Shown: positions 1 to 9,620 of the stretch, piece by piece
Layout: each line of letters starts with the position of its first letter
Position numbering within the stretch: position 1 is the first letter of the stretch
NCBI GenBank assembly: GCA_035331565.1
Contig: DAOLKO010000019.1
Span: forward strand, 67,343 to 131,342
DNA length: 64,000 nucleotides
Direction: 5' to 3'
From: Blastocatellia bacterium
GTDB taxonomy: Bacteria; Acidobacteriota; Blastocatellia; RBC074
Program-made: the position numbers and the translations under genes
Notes under the pieces: model-generated
What the model saw: the letters and a program-made list of their open reading frames with translations, nothing else
What the model was told of the DNA's origin: nothing
The model's database searches: none

Positions 1-3000
1 AATCCTCAGGGACTTGCCAGAACGAAATCTCAAAATCCTCCGCCACGGCAAGCTCGTCAGCATCTTCGTCTGCCTGCGAACCTGCGGCTGATAACGAAGC
101 TGGGGTTGTTTGTGCGGAAGTGGAGGGAACAGGGTCAGTGTCGAGCGTTGTGTTGTCGTGGGCTGCGGATTCGGATTGAGTGTCGTGATTGGTTTCGGCG
201 TTTGGCTCTGTGTCGGTAGCTTCAGCGGCGATTGCTTCCGTCGCTTGTTTGCTTTGTTCCAGCCGTTCGCAGACTTCGATGATGTTTTCGCCTAGTTCCG
301 TGTGGCAGGCTTGAACCAAATGTTCCAGATCGCTGGTCAGTTTGGCACGTTCGATTTCTTTTTTGGTGCGATTGTCGCGCGCCTGCATCAAGGCGTCGCG
401 TTCACCGCGAAGCTGTGCATCCAGTGTTTCGAGGCGTTCGCGAGCGGCAGCCAGCGCAAAGGACTTTTCTTCCAGTTCCGCCGCGCGCAATTGTTGCTGC
501 GCGACCAGCGTTTGCAGTTGTTCAGTGGTGCTGACCAGCGTCGTTTGCATTGTGCTGGATTGCTCTTCGGCTTCAATGGCTTCAAAGCGGCTGCGTTCCA
601 GACGATTTGTCAAATCGCCTGATTCGTTTTCCAACCGGCGAATGTCATTTGACAGTCCGCGCCGGCGTTCTGTTTTGGCGGCGAACTCCGCCCGACGCCG
701 CGAAAGCTCTTGAACCCTTTGCTCCGACGCCCGCCGCAATTCAGCCAATTCCGCCTGTGCCGCCTGAACCACTTGCTCGGCTTCGGCGCGCAAAGCTTCG
801 GCTTCCACTGTCTGTGCGGTCGCGTGTTGGAGCTTGGCTTCAAAATCCGCGCGTTCTTCTTCGGCCTGAGCGGTTTCCTGTTCGACCACGCGAATATGCG
901 TCGCTGTGCGCTCCATCTCGCGGGAAAGCTGCTGCAACTTTTCGCGCTGCACGGCCAATTGCTTTTCAATCTGTCGCTGTTCGGCATCAAGCCTTTTTTG
1001 ATCGTCTTCAAGCTGGGCAATACGCGCTTTGACTTCGCTCAATTCGGCTTCCAGCACTTCCTCTTGTTCCGTCAGCGCGTCCAGCTTGTCCGTTAATTCG
1101 CCTATCTCGCGTTTTAGCGCCAGCACGCCCATTCCTTTGCCTTCGCCGCCGCCGCCGGTGATGAGTCGCCCGCCGATGACGCGCTCGCCCGTTCGCGCCA
1201 GCATCATTGCTTTATGCGCATCACCGTTCTGTGCAATTGCCGCCTGAACGGCTTCGCCAGCATCGCTGACAATTCGCGCGTTATCCAAACTAGGCAAAGC
1301 AAATTTAAATGCTTCGGCAAACTCCGGCTTTAGTCCCAAGAGTGAACCCAACGTCTGATAACGAAGCCGGCTGCCGTCCTGACCATTTATCGCAGGCATT
1401 CCGCTGTTTTCATTGGAATGACCCGGTTGTTGATTCTCGTTCACCACCAGGAACGTCGCTCGCCCGGCACCTTCGGTCTTCAGGAAGTCAATGGCCTGCA
1501 ACGCGTCGTTGAAACTCGGCACAACGACAAACTGCAATTCATCGCGCAGCGCCGATTCCACCAACGATTCGTTTTCCGGCGAAACGCGAACGAAGTCCGC
1601 CAGCGTTCCCAGTGTCTTGAAATTCAAGGACGGTCGCCCAAACAACGCCTGCACCGCTTCAGAAAAGTAAGAATGTTGTTCATCAAGCTGCGTCAACGAT
1701 TTCAACCGCTGTTCCGTCGCGGTCAGTTCGCGGTGCAGGGCATTGAGCTTCGTTTGCTTTTCTTCGCGCAATCGGCGGGCGAGGGAAAGCTCCGAAGCCG
1801 TATTGGCGAGTTCTTCGCTGACCTGGTGCTGGCGTTCGGTCTGCTCTTCGACGGTGAAACTCAGTTCGGCGTGTTGCGTTCGCGCGTTTTCAGACTGCGC
1901 CATTGCGCGTTCGCGTTCATTGGCTAAACCGCGCAAACGGCTGTCGCAGCGATCCACAGAATCAGTGAACTGTCGCTTCAATTGCCGCCAGCGTTCCAGA
2001 TGCGTGCCGCTGTCATAAACCTGTTTGCGCGCTTCTTCAAGTTTGCGTTCGGCGTCTTTGTCGCGTTCGCCTTGAGAGCGATGATCGTTTTCGGCTTCCG
2101 CCAATGCTTTGCTTTCGGCGTTAATCTCCTGCTCGATGCGTTGCAACTCTTCGCGCAAACGAGCGGTTTCCTGACCGATGAACTGGCCGCGTTCGGCAAT
2201 CACCGCTTGATCTTTAGCGAACTGCGCCGCGCGCGAACCCAGCGATTGCAGTTGTTGTGTCAGGTAATTGTGTTGTTGGCGGGCGCGTTCGACTTCCACA
2301 TTGACATCGGCGGCAAGCTGCCGCGTCTCATTGAGTTTGTCTTCCGCCGAACGCGAACTCGCGGCAGCGACGGCTTGCTCTTCCTCAAGCTGCGCGAGCA
2401 AGGCTGCGATTTCCGCTTCGCGCGCCGCGCCGGATTCCAGACCGCTTTCCAGTTCGGTCATGGTTTTGGTGTTGGCGCGGTAATCCACCACGTAGACCGC
2501 GCGCATCAAGCCGCGCATTTCGTGTTTAAATTTTTGATAGCGGCGCGCGCGACCTGCCTGCCGCCGCAAACTGTTTTGCTGCCGCTCGATTTCCGCCAGG
2601 ATGTCCGTCACACGCGACAGATTTTGTTTGGACGCTTCCAGCTTCAGTTCCGCTGAATGCTGGCGCATTTTGAATTTGGAAACGCCTGCGGCTTCCTCAA
2701 TCAGCGCGCGGCGATCCGTGGGCTTGGCCGAGAGCACCTGTCCGATGCGTCCTTGCTCAATGATGGCGTAATGCGCGCCGCCCAATCCTGTTCCCGAAAA
2801 CAAATCCTGAATATCGCGCAGGCGGCACGAACGGCCATTCATTTCATATTCGCTTTCGCCGCTGCGATACAGCCGACGAGCGACCGTGATGCGTTCGCCT
2901 TCGTGGAAGACTTTGCCGATGGTGGCGGCGGTGACTCTGCGCCGTTTTTTGGTTTGTGCGGCTTGTGCTGTCTGCTCAGTAGCTTCCTGGGATTGCTCTT

Positions 3001-3442
3001 CAAGCGAAGCTGCGTCGTTTTCCGCCGGTGATTCTGTTGCTCCGTTAGCTTCGGCATTCATTTCCGCCTGATAAGCTTCGGCTTGTTCGGCGGCTTGCGC
3101 GGCCAGGTCTGCGGCTTCAGCGGCTTGCTTCTCCGCTTCGGCAGCGCCCACTTCGCCGCGAATTTCAAAGGTTTCGTGAACGACCATCGTCAACGAAACT
3201 TCGGCCATTCCGGCGGGTTGGCGGCTGCGGCTGCCTTGAAAGATCACGTCTTCCATTTTGCTGCCGCGCAGCGCCTTGGCGCGTTGTTCTCCGATTACCC
3301 AACTGATTGCATCAGCTACGTTGCTTTTTCCGCAACCATTCGGCCCAACGACGGCAGTGATGCCTTCTTCGTCAAAAATGAGTTCGGTCGGGTCATTGAA
3401 CGATTTGAACCCTTGCAGGAAAAGTTTTTCGATTCTGAGCAT
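1..3442 (-). CDS. smc: chromosome segregation protein SMC (about 1147 aa present; C-terminus runs off the left edge of the window)
   Basis: The reverse complement from 3442 downward translates MLRIEKLFLQGFKSFNDPTELIFDEEGITAVVGPNGCGKSNVADAISWVIGEQRAKALRGSKMEDVIFQGS..., the canonical SMC N-terminal Walker-A head. A long uninterrupted minus-strand frame with coiled-coil-like composition follows. It is absent from the ORF track only because no stop codon falls inside the window. Confidence 0.85.
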   Translation of the reverse strand, partial: MLRIEKLFLQGFKSFNDPTELIFDEEGITAVVGPNGCGKSNVADAISWVIGEQRAKALRGSKMEDVIFQGSRSRQPAGMAEVSLTMVVHETFEIRGEVGAAEAEKQAAEAADLAAQAAEQAEAYQAEMNAEANGATESPAENDAASLEEQSQEATEQTAQAAQTKKRRRVTAATIGKVFHEGERITVARRLYRSGESEYEMNGRSCRLRDIQDLFSGTGLGGAHYAIIEQGRIGQVLSAKPTDRRALIEEAAGVSKFKMRQHSAELKLEASKQNLSRVTDILAEIERQQNSLRRQAGRARRYQKFKHEMRGLMRAVYVVDYRANTKTMTELESGLESGAAREAEIAALLAQLEEEQAVAAASSRSAEDKLNETRQLAADVNVEVERARQQHNYLTQQLQSLGSRAAQFAKDQAVIAERGQFIGQETARLREELQRIEQEINAESKALAEAENDHRSQGERDKDAERKLEEARKQVYDSGTHLERWRQLKRQFTDSVDRCDSRLRGLANERERAMAQSENARTQHAELSFTVEEQTERQHQVSEELANTASELSLARRLREEKQTKLNALHRELTATEQRLKSLTQLDEQHSYFSEAVQALFGRPSLNFKTLGTLADFVRVSPENESLVESALRDELQFVVVPSFNDALQAIDFLKTEGAGRATFLVVNENQQPGHSNENSGMPAINGQDGSRLRYQTLGSLLGLKPEFAEAFKFALPSLDNARIVSDAGEAVQAAIAQNGDAHKAMMLARTGERVIGGRLITGGGGEGKGMGVLALKREIGELTDKLDALTEQEEVLEAELSEVKARIAQLEDDQKRLDAEQRQIEKQLAVQREKLQQLSREMERTATHIRVVEQETAQAEEERADFEAKLQHATAQTVEAEALRAEAEQVVQAAQAELAELRRASEQRVQELSRRRAEFAAKTERRRGLSNDIRRLENESGDLTNRLERSRFEAIEAEEQSSTMQTTLVSTTEQLQTLVAQQQLRAAELEEKSFALAAARERLETLDAQLRGERDALMQARDNRTKKEIERAKLTSDLEHLVQACHTELGENIIEVCERLEQSKQATEAIAAEATDTEPNAETNHDTQSESAAHDNTTLDTDPVPSTSAQTTPASLSAAGSQADEDADELAVAEDFEISFWQVPED

Positions 3443-3621
3443 GGAAAGATTCTACCGCCTTGGGACGCATCCGAGATGCTTGACGAGATACCACAACTAA
3501 TTGTGTGGCTGAAAACGAAGCGCGCACTATACGGGCGCATAGTGGCTTTGTCAAACAGGCAAAACCGCGTCAAAAGATGGGTTGGAAGAGGTCGAAACGT
3601 CGTTTTCGTCGAAGGGGAAAA

Positions 3622-3668
3622 TTGAAAAGCGTCCGCTGGAAACGCATTCCAACGGACGCTTTTCAACG
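3622..3668 (-). terminator. rho-independent terminator candidate (bidirectional-looking) downstream of the ferritin-like gene
   Basis: A perfect 11-bp stem (aaaagcgtccg at 3626-3636 pairing cggacgctttt at 3654-3664, extendable with one mismatch) is flanked by an A-tract upstream and ttttcaacg downstream. It sits 20 nt past the stop of the 3686-4477 minus-strand gene and upstream of the smc start. Confidence 0.45.
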
Positions 3669-3685
3669 ACGGAATCAGGCTGGAT

Positions 3686-4477
3686 TTAGATCGCTCCCAG
3701 TCGCTCGAAATAGGGTTCCATCAATTGAAGTCCTTCCAGGCCGGGCAGGGAAGAGATTTTGGTATCCACTTCCTTGACCAGTTTGCGCCCGGCTTCGCCC
3801 GGAAAGATTGAAGTGAACAAACGTTTGACTTCGGGCGGCGTTTTGACGCCCGCGCCGACCGGAACCCAGTTGAACTTCAATAGCCAGCGCGTCAGCAAAC
3901 GCGAGCCTTTGGATTTTTCCAGTAATTCGCGTGCGTGATTGAAATACCATGCGAAATGCCTGCGTTCTTGTTTGGCTATGCGCTCGCACAAGGTTTTGAG
4001 CGCCGGATTGCGCGTCAATCCGTGCAGGCGTTCGTATCCGCGCAAGGTCGTCATTTCCTGAATCGCGCCGAAGGATAGATACACGGCTGGGAATTGATGA
4101 TAGAAAATTTTTGAGAGTAGCGGCGCGAATAACATTTCCAGCCATTCATTGAATCGCGCCCGGCTTTTCACTTTTTCAACGCGGTTTTCCTCCAGTGGAT
4201 GGCCGCAGGCAGCCAGCAGATTCGCCAGCTCGTAACCGTGAAAAAACTCTTCGTAATTCCAGGTTGTCAGAAAAGCGGAGACTTCAGGTTTGAAGGCGAT
4301 CTTCATTTGCAGCAGCATTCGCAAATAGCGGATGGTTTGGCTTTCGATATCGGAGAAATAGGTCAGCACGAATTTTTCGTCTTCGGTCAATCCAATGTGT
4401 CTGGCTTCTTCCCAGTCAATATCCTTGGTTTCGATTTTTGCGGAGACAGAAATGTAGCGGTCAAATTCGGGTTTCAT
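3686..4477 (-). CDS. ferritin-like di-iron carboxylate protein, function unknown
   Basis: 263-aa ORF with a GGAG RBS 9 nt upstream of the ATG. It carries two E-x-x-H motifs (EEFFHGYE and AKQERRHFAW), the ferritin-like/di-iron oxygenase signature. Confidence 0.7.
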   Translation of the reverse strand: MKPEFDRYISVSAKIETKDIDWEEARHIGLTEDEKFVLTYFSDIESQTIRYLRMLLQMKIAFKPEVSAFLTTWNYEEFFHGYELANLLAACGHPLEENRVEKVKSRARFNEWLEMLFAPLLSKIFYHQFPAVYLSFGAIQEMTTLRGYERLHGLTRNPALKTLCERIAKQERRHFAWYFNHARELLEKSKGSRLLTRWLLKFNWVPVGAGVKTPPEVKRLFTSIFPGEAGRKLVKEVDTKISSLPGLEGLQLMEPYFERLGAI

Positions 4478-4694
4478 TCAATTAGCTCCAGGAGATGTTG
4501 GATTGGAACAGCAAACATCAGGCGCGCCTGCTTGTTGCTTGCCTGATGTTTGGCCTTAACTACGACTAGGCATACTGATTGGATTTCAGGCGTGATGCCG
4601 GCGAGTGCCGGGCATTTGCGTGTAAACCTTTCCGGCTTGGGGAGTCATGGAAACGTCGGATGCCGTTTCCGCCGGGTTGTGTTTGGTGAATGGG

Positions 4695-5045
4695 CTACTG
4701 ACCGAAAATACCTATCAGCACCAGCAGCGCGCCGACAACGATGTGCAGAATGTCGTCCACGCGCGTCCATTTGAAGTACTTCTTGGGAAAAAGATTGGCA
4801 TAGCTGGCGACGGCCTGGTATAGGTCAATCAAACCGAAGCCGATGTTGAATGCGCGAACCGCATCTTCGTGGCCGACCATGACGATGATGGCTCCAACGA
4901 CTCCGAAGAACAGATGAAAGATATTGTATGGTGCCGCGCCGCTGGTCAGGCTTTTGTTGGGCGGGATGACGAAACCAAGGATGCCGACCAGCACCAGAAT
5001 CGGCGCGAAGACTGCTAAGGTCAGGAAATTTAGATTTTCGAGCAT
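4695..5045 (-). CDS. small integral membrane protein (3-4 TM), unknown function
   Basis: Hydrophobic ORF. The start was chosen at the internal Met (MLENLNFLTLAV...) because an AGGAC RBS sits 5 nt upstream. The ORF track's longer version (to 5108) has no RBS. Confidence 0.5.
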   Translation of the reverse strand: MLENLNFLTLAVFAPILVLVGILGFVIPPNKSLTSGAAPYNIFHLFFGVVGAIIVMVGHEDAVRAFNIGFGLIDLYQAVASYANLFPKKYFKWTRVDDILHIVVGALLVLIGIFGQ

Positions 5046-5116
5046 TGGGCGTCCTGTGAGGAAAAGCGATCCCGGACATTGCCGAAAGCGCGGCATATCC
5101 GGGATCAAACTATTTG

Positions 5117-5683
5117 CTACTTCACGCCAAGCAATTCGACATCAAAAATCAACGTTGAATTGGGTGGAATTTTCGGCGGTGAACCGGCAGGGCCGTATCC
5201 CAGTTCCGACGGAATAATCAGGCGACGCTTGCCGCCGACTTTCATGGACATCACGCCTTCGTCCCATCCTTTGATGACGCTGCCCAGGCCAATGTTGAAT
5301 TTGAATGGTTGGACGTGCCCGAACGACGGATCCACAGAGCTATCGAACTTGGTTCCGTTTTCCAGCATGCCGGTGTAGTTGACCGTCACTTCCTTGCCGG
5401 GCGACGGGCTGTTGCCCGTACCAACGACCTCGTCTACGTATTTCAAACCGGAAGCGGTTTTGATTTCGTTGCCGTGACCTGCCGGCCAGAAGTAATACGC
5501 GGCGAAACCGACAATCACGACGATGATGGCCAGTCCCAGAATCAGATTGACCTTATCGCCGGATTTGTTTTTGTTTTGAGCGGCGGCTGTTTTGGGAACA
5601 TAGCCGTGCGCTTTCTTTTTACCGTCACGAGTTTTCGACAAGAGTAAATGCTCCTTCCTTAAAACACGGCCTGAGAAGGCCAC
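5117..5683 (-). CDS. FKBP-type peptidyl-prolyl cis-trans isomerase, membrane-anchored
   Basis: The C-terminal domain has the FKBP signature GxGxVIKGWDEGVxxMKVGGKRRLIIPSELGYG. The N-terminus has a single TM (LILGLAIIVVIVGFAAYYF). Confidence 0.85.
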   Translation of the reverse strand: MAFSGRVLRKEHLLLSKTRDGKKKAHGYVPKTAAAQNKNKSGDKVNLILGLAIIVVIVGFAAYYFWPAGHGNEIKTASGLKYVDEVVGTGNSPSPGKEVTVNYTGMLENGTKFDSSVDPSFGHVQPFKFNIGLGSVIKGWDEGVMSMKVGGKRRLIIPSELGYGPAGSPPKIPPNSTLIFDVELLGVK

Positions 5684-5741
5684 GAAGTTTTACCTGATGA
5701 TTGCGATGGCGAGCCGGAGCGGTTGGTCGGTCCGCCGGATT

Positions 5742-6287
5742 TCATTTGTCTTCCTGATTTTTTACCAGCACGGAATAGATGACCCATTTGCCGTCCAGCA
5801 GTCCGGGAATGATGGTGTATTTGTTCGGACGCCCGTCGCCGCGATAGCGAAAACTGCGCAAGACTTCGTTGGGCGGAATGCCCGGAACCTGTATGACGTG
5901 GCCGTTCTGGTTATAAATAGCATTGGCCAACTCCGCCAGTTCCGCCTCGGACGCCGAACGGCTCAGCATTTTGGGGACGAGGTTTTGAATCGTGGCGTTT
6001 TGTTTGGCGACCGTCGCGGAGTTTCTTTCCAAAATGGCGTTTTTATCAGCCAGTTCTTTTTTGACTGTTTGCAACTCGGCTTCGGCGTTGGTCGCGCGGG
6101 TTTGCGCTTCCTGTATGGTGTTGTCGGCGGAACTGTAGCGTTGATACATCAGCCCGCTCAAAACCAGGGACGCCGCGAACATCACGGTTACAACAATCAA
6201 AGTCCAGCGCAGCAGGGCGCGTTTTTCGGCCTCAATTTGCATCGTTTGACGCCGAACCATATCGTACTCTTGTTGGCTGTACATCAT
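5742..6287 (-). CDS. hypothetical membrane-anchored coiled-coil protein
   Basis: 181-aa ORF with one TM (LRWTLIVVTVMFAASLVLSGL) followed by a Q/E/A-rich coiled-coil segment. It runs co-directionally with its neighbours. Confidence 0.5.
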   Translation of the reverse strand: MMYSQQEYDMVRRQTMQIEAEKRALLRWTLIVVTVMFAASLVLSGLMYQRYSSADNTIQEAQTRATNAEAELQTVKKELADKNAILERNSATVAKQNATIQNLVPKMLSRSASEAELAELANAIYNQNGHVIQVPGIPPNEVLRSFRYRGDGRPNKYTIIPGLLDGKWVIYSVLVKNQEDK

Positions 6288-6472
6288 ATTGTTTGCACTT
6301 TACCGTCGAACTTCGTCGGAGTTTTCCCAATCGAATTTATTTCGGGTGAATCCTTTAATTGAAATTTGAGTTGGAGTTACGAACTCAAGGAGACGCATTC
6401 TAGCGTCTGATGCTTTGGCTGGCGAGTGGAAATCCTCAACAAAAAGTATTTCCACTCATCATTTTTGCCTGT

Positions 6473-7759
6473 TTACTTGCCATCCCCAGCCATCACCCAG
6501 GTTTCATTGAAGTGAGCGTGCTTGATGGATTTGCGTTTCGGTTTTCCTTCCGCGTCTTTTTCCACGTCCTTGCGATTGAGGTGATAGCTGTAAGAAGCGT
6601 GCAGCGAACCGTCGCGCGCCTGAATGATCGTTGGATAGTGATACTGACCAGCTTCCGGCCCGGGCGGATCGAATTCCAGATGGCGAGTCCATTTCCAGGT
6701 TTTTCCTTCATCGTCGGAAATGGAAACTGCCAGACTATTCCGACCAATCATTGTGTCGTTGTAAATCAATGCCCAATGCCCGTTGCGCAAAGAAATGATT
6801 TCCGCGCCCGATCCCGGATTGGGCAATTCGCTGTCAGTGACAGGCGACCAGGTTTCGCCGCGATCATGCGATTCGCTTTGATGAAGTCGTTTGGGCGCGG
6901 GGCCGTTGTCGCGCATCAAGGTGTAAAGCGAGCCGTCCTTGCGCTGCACTATGCTCGGCTGAATGTTTCCGCCGCCGATGAGCGGCGTGCTGGTTTTCCA
7001 GGTCTTGCCCCAATCGTCCGTAATCGCCATCAACGAAAACGAAAACCCATCGGAGTAAAGCGGTACGATCAATCGTTTGCCGTCCAGCACAAAGGGATGC
7101 GCTCGCGTCATCCAGCCGATGCGACGCGAAAGTTTGTCCGCAGCCATCTTGCGTATGCGAGCGATGTAGGCATCCAGCTTTTCTTTCGGTGCTTCGGGAG
7201 ATTCGGGACGACTCTTTTCCCACTCATCCATGACTTTATTGGTCGCGGCGACGAATTCTTCGCCGGGCGTTACGTGCAGGATTTCCTGAACGTCCCATTG
7301 CGGCGCTCCATCTCCCTGATAACGAGAAGAAATTTTGTATTTCATCAGGGCGGTGTGCCATTCATTGGCGAGGATGGTGGGCCACAAGAGCCAAAGCCTG
7401 CCTTGTGGATCAATGAACATGGTGCAGTTGGTGTCAGGGTAGCCGGGCGTATCAGCCAGCGTAAATCGCGGACTCCAGGTTTTCGCGCCTTTTTTTAGGC
7501 GTGAACCTTCAACTTTTACGTCGTCGGCCTGCCGTTCGCCTGAACCGTGAAACCAGCAAACCAGCAAATCGCCATTCGGGCATTCGACAACGACCGAAGC
7601 GTGATTGTGCCAATGTTCGAGCGGGAAAATCAGTTCGGATTCAAGAAATGGTTTTGATGAATCCGACGCGGACGCGGTCGGATGAATGCGTATTGAGGAA
7701 GCTGTCGCGGGCAGAAAAACGGCCAGAGCCGCAAGAAGAAACACGAATTTGTTTCTCAT
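6473..7759 (-). CDS. secreted BNR/Asp-box repeat glycoside hydrolase (exo-alpha-sialidase-like, GH33-like)
   Basis: N-terminal signal peptide (MRNKFVFLLAALAVFLPATASS). At least three Asp-box motifs S-x-D-x-G-x-T-W are present (ITDDWGKTW, SHDRGETW, SDDEGKTW). Confidence 0.8.
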   Translation of the reverse strand: MRNKFVFLLAALAVFLPATASSIRIHPTASASDSSKPFLESELIFPLEHWHNHASVVVECPNGDLLVCWFHGSGERQADDVKVEGSRLKKGAKTWSPRFTLADTPGYPDTNCTMFIDPQGRLWLLWPTILANEWHTALMKYKISSRYQGDGAPQWDVQEILHVTPGEEFVAATNKVMDEWEKSRPESPEAPKEKLDAYIARIRKMAADKLSRRIGWMTRAHPFVLDGKRLIVPLYSDGFSFSLMAITDDWGKTWKTSTPLIGGGNIQPSIVQRKDGSLYTLMRDNGPAPKRLHQSESHDRGETWSPVTDSELPNPGSGAEIISLRNGHWALIYNDTMIGRNSLAVSISDDEGKTWKWTRHLEFDPPGPEAGQYHYPTIIQARDGSLHASYSYHLNRKDVEKDAEGKPKRKSIKHAHFNETWVMAGDGK

Positions 7760-7902
7760 CGGTGTTGTTCCTGAATTGATGATTTCATTGAAAACTGGAA
7801 ATTGAAGAACTCTCTTACTCCCCGCGCATCATCGCACAGCTTCATTGAGTGGGGAAGCTGTGACGGAAATTGCGAAACGTCGTTAAGTTCTTTTCCGTCT
7901 GA

Positions 7903-7931
7903 GTGCATGAATCGTTTTCGCGGGCTATAAT
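7903..7931 (+). promoter_or_regulatory. candidate sigma70-type promoter for the membrane-fusion lipoprotein gene
   Basis: A perfect TATAAT lies at 7926-7931, 55 nt upstream of the 7986 start. The -35 element is weak (GTGCAT at 17-nt spacing). Confidence 0.25.
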
Positions 7932-7985
7932 GTCGGCTCAATCGAAAAGCCCAAATATCAAAATTAAACCCAAAACCGAATTAGG

Positions 7986-9209
7986 ATGACAAAAGTGTAC
8001 GCAAAGCCCTTCACTCTCGTTTTGTTTTTACTTTCCTTCTCGTTGCTCGCCGCTTGCAAGCAAAGCGATCCTTCGGCGGCTTCTCCGCGTGGCGGTGCTC
8101 CTGGCGCAAGTTTGCCGCCCAAACAAGTTGTGTTGGTTAGTTCCGAAGCGCGCCAGCTTCCACGCACGGTTACTGCTCCGGGTACTCTGGCTGCGGATGA
8201 ACAAGCCAGTCTTAGCTTCAAAGTTGCGGGACGCATGAATCAATTGAAAGTTGATTTGGGCAGTTCCGTGCGCAAAGGCCAGACTATCGGTCAATTGGAA
8301 ACCAATGACTTTAATGTTCGTTTGCAGCAAGCCGAAGCCGCGTTACAGCAGGCGCGTGTCCGGCTAGGCTTGCCTCCGGCAGGCGAGGATGACCGCATAG
8401 ACACGGAGAGTACCGCGACTGTTCGACAGGCGCGTGCGTTGTTGGACGAAGCCAAATCCAATTTGGAAAGAACCAGACAGTTAGTGGCGCAGGGCATACA
8501 GGCAAAAGCGGAACAGGATCGCGTTGAGTCCGCCTTCAAAGTTGCCGACAGTCGTTATCAAGATGCGGTTGAGGAAGTGCGTAACCGGCAGGCAGTCCTG
8601 CTGCAACGTCGTTCGGAATTGGCGATTGCGAAACAGCAACTGGCGGAAACGACTTTGTACGCGCCGTTCGATGGCGCTGTGCGCGAGAAGCGCGCTTCGA
8701 TGGGAGAGTTTTTGGCGGCGGGAACTCCGGTCGTGACCATAGTGCGATTACATCCGCTGCGGCTGCGCGTTGAAGTGCCGGAGCGGGAAGCGCAAGGCAT
8801 TCGCCCGGGCCAATTTGTCAAAGTGGTGGTCGAAGGTGATGAAGGCCAAAGCTACAGCGGCAGAGTCGCCCGTCTCAGTCCGGCCTTTCAGGAACAAAGC
8901 CGGACGCTGATTATCGAAGCCGAAGTGGACAATCAGCAGGGCAAGCTGCGCCCCGGCTCTTTTGCCAAAGCTGAAATTCAAACCATCTCGACTTCCGACG
9001 TGGTGATGGTTCCGGCTTCGGCTATCGTCACATTCGCCGGCATCCAAAAAATCTTCATAGTGAAAGATGGAAAAGCAGTTGAGAAAAACATCGTGGTTGG
9101 TCCTCGAAAGGATGACTGGGTTGTGATTGAGGGCGTGGAAGCCAACACTCCGGTGGTGAATTCTCCAGGCAGCCTGGTTTCAGGGCAAGCCGTGACCATC
9201 GGAAAGTAA
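7986..9209 (+). CDS. efflux-transporter periplasmic adaptor (membrane-fusion protein, HlyD/RND-MFP family) lipoprotein
   Basis: Lipobox LLAAC in the signal sequence. The body has the MFP coiled-coil hairpin (QQAEAALQQARVRL...RTRQLVAQGI), a beta-barrel and C-terminal MP domains. An alternative GTG start at 7995 has a better AGGA RBS. Confidence 0.8.
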   Translation: MTKVYAKPFTLVLFLLSFSLLAACKQSDPSAASPRGGAPGASLPPKQVVLVSSEARQLPRTVTAPGTLAADEQASLSFKVAGRMNQLKVDLGSSVRKGQTIGQLETNDFNVRLQQAEAALQQARVRLGLPPAGEDDRIDTESTATVRQARALLDEAKSNLERTRQLVAQGIQAKAEQDRVESAFKVADSRYQDAVEEVRNRQAVLLQRRSELAIAKQQLAETTLYAPFDGAVREKRASMGEFLAAGTPVVTIVRLHPLRLRVEVPEREAQGIRPGQFVKVVVEGDEGQSYSGRVARLSPAFQEQSRTLIIEAEVDNQQGKLRPGSFAKAEIQTISTSDVVMVPASAIVTFAGIQKIFIVKDGKAVEKNIVVGPRKDDWVVIEGVEANTPVVNSPGSLVSGQAVTIGK

Positions 9210-9620
9210 CTTCAAAGAAATTACGGTGGGACTGGACTATTTTCTTGACTGATTGGCACTGCCATTTTAATTTACGCGCGGTTGGCAATCACCGGCATTT
9301 GGTATCTATCCGGGACAGTTCAATCCCACCCCCGCACTTCCTAGTTTTCATGCCCCTCGAACGATTGTTCCGATTCCGACTCATTCTCGAAATGCTCACA
9401 TTGGCATCGTGCCATGAATCTATGCAAGTTTTTGATGCTGCCTCGACATGAGGTTTCCTTTAAGGTGTTGGATACGGGACGAGGTTTATTCAAGCGCCGG
9501 AAAATCCATTTGAAAAAAGAACTTGTGTAAAGTAAGCTTCGCGCCGATTCGACCCCTCTTGTTCAGCTTATCAATTCAATGATTTCACCACGCCCCACAG
9601 TTCATTAGGAGGATTCGGTT

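Noticed and set aside
302-3100. Many plus-strand ORFs of 60-224 aa across 110-3625 (e.g. 550-1032, 1418-1927, 1982-2656, 3083-3625)
   Set aside because: They are antisense to, or out of frame with, the clearly recognisable minus-strand smc gene. They have the Arg/Ala/Ser-rich low-complexity translations typical of wrong frames in GC-rich DNA.
6410-7498. 362-aa plus-strand ORF
   Set aside because: It is antisense to the BNR/Asp-box hydrolase gene, whose motifs are unambiguous on the minus strand; its translation is Arg-rich and low-complexity.
9245-9451. 68-aa ORF in the 410-bp gap before the 9621 gene
   Set aside because: It is short, has no RBS, and is His/Phe/Leu-rich. It is more likely untranslated leader or promoter region; TTGACT-17-TAATTT and TTGAAA-like hexamers are present in this gap.
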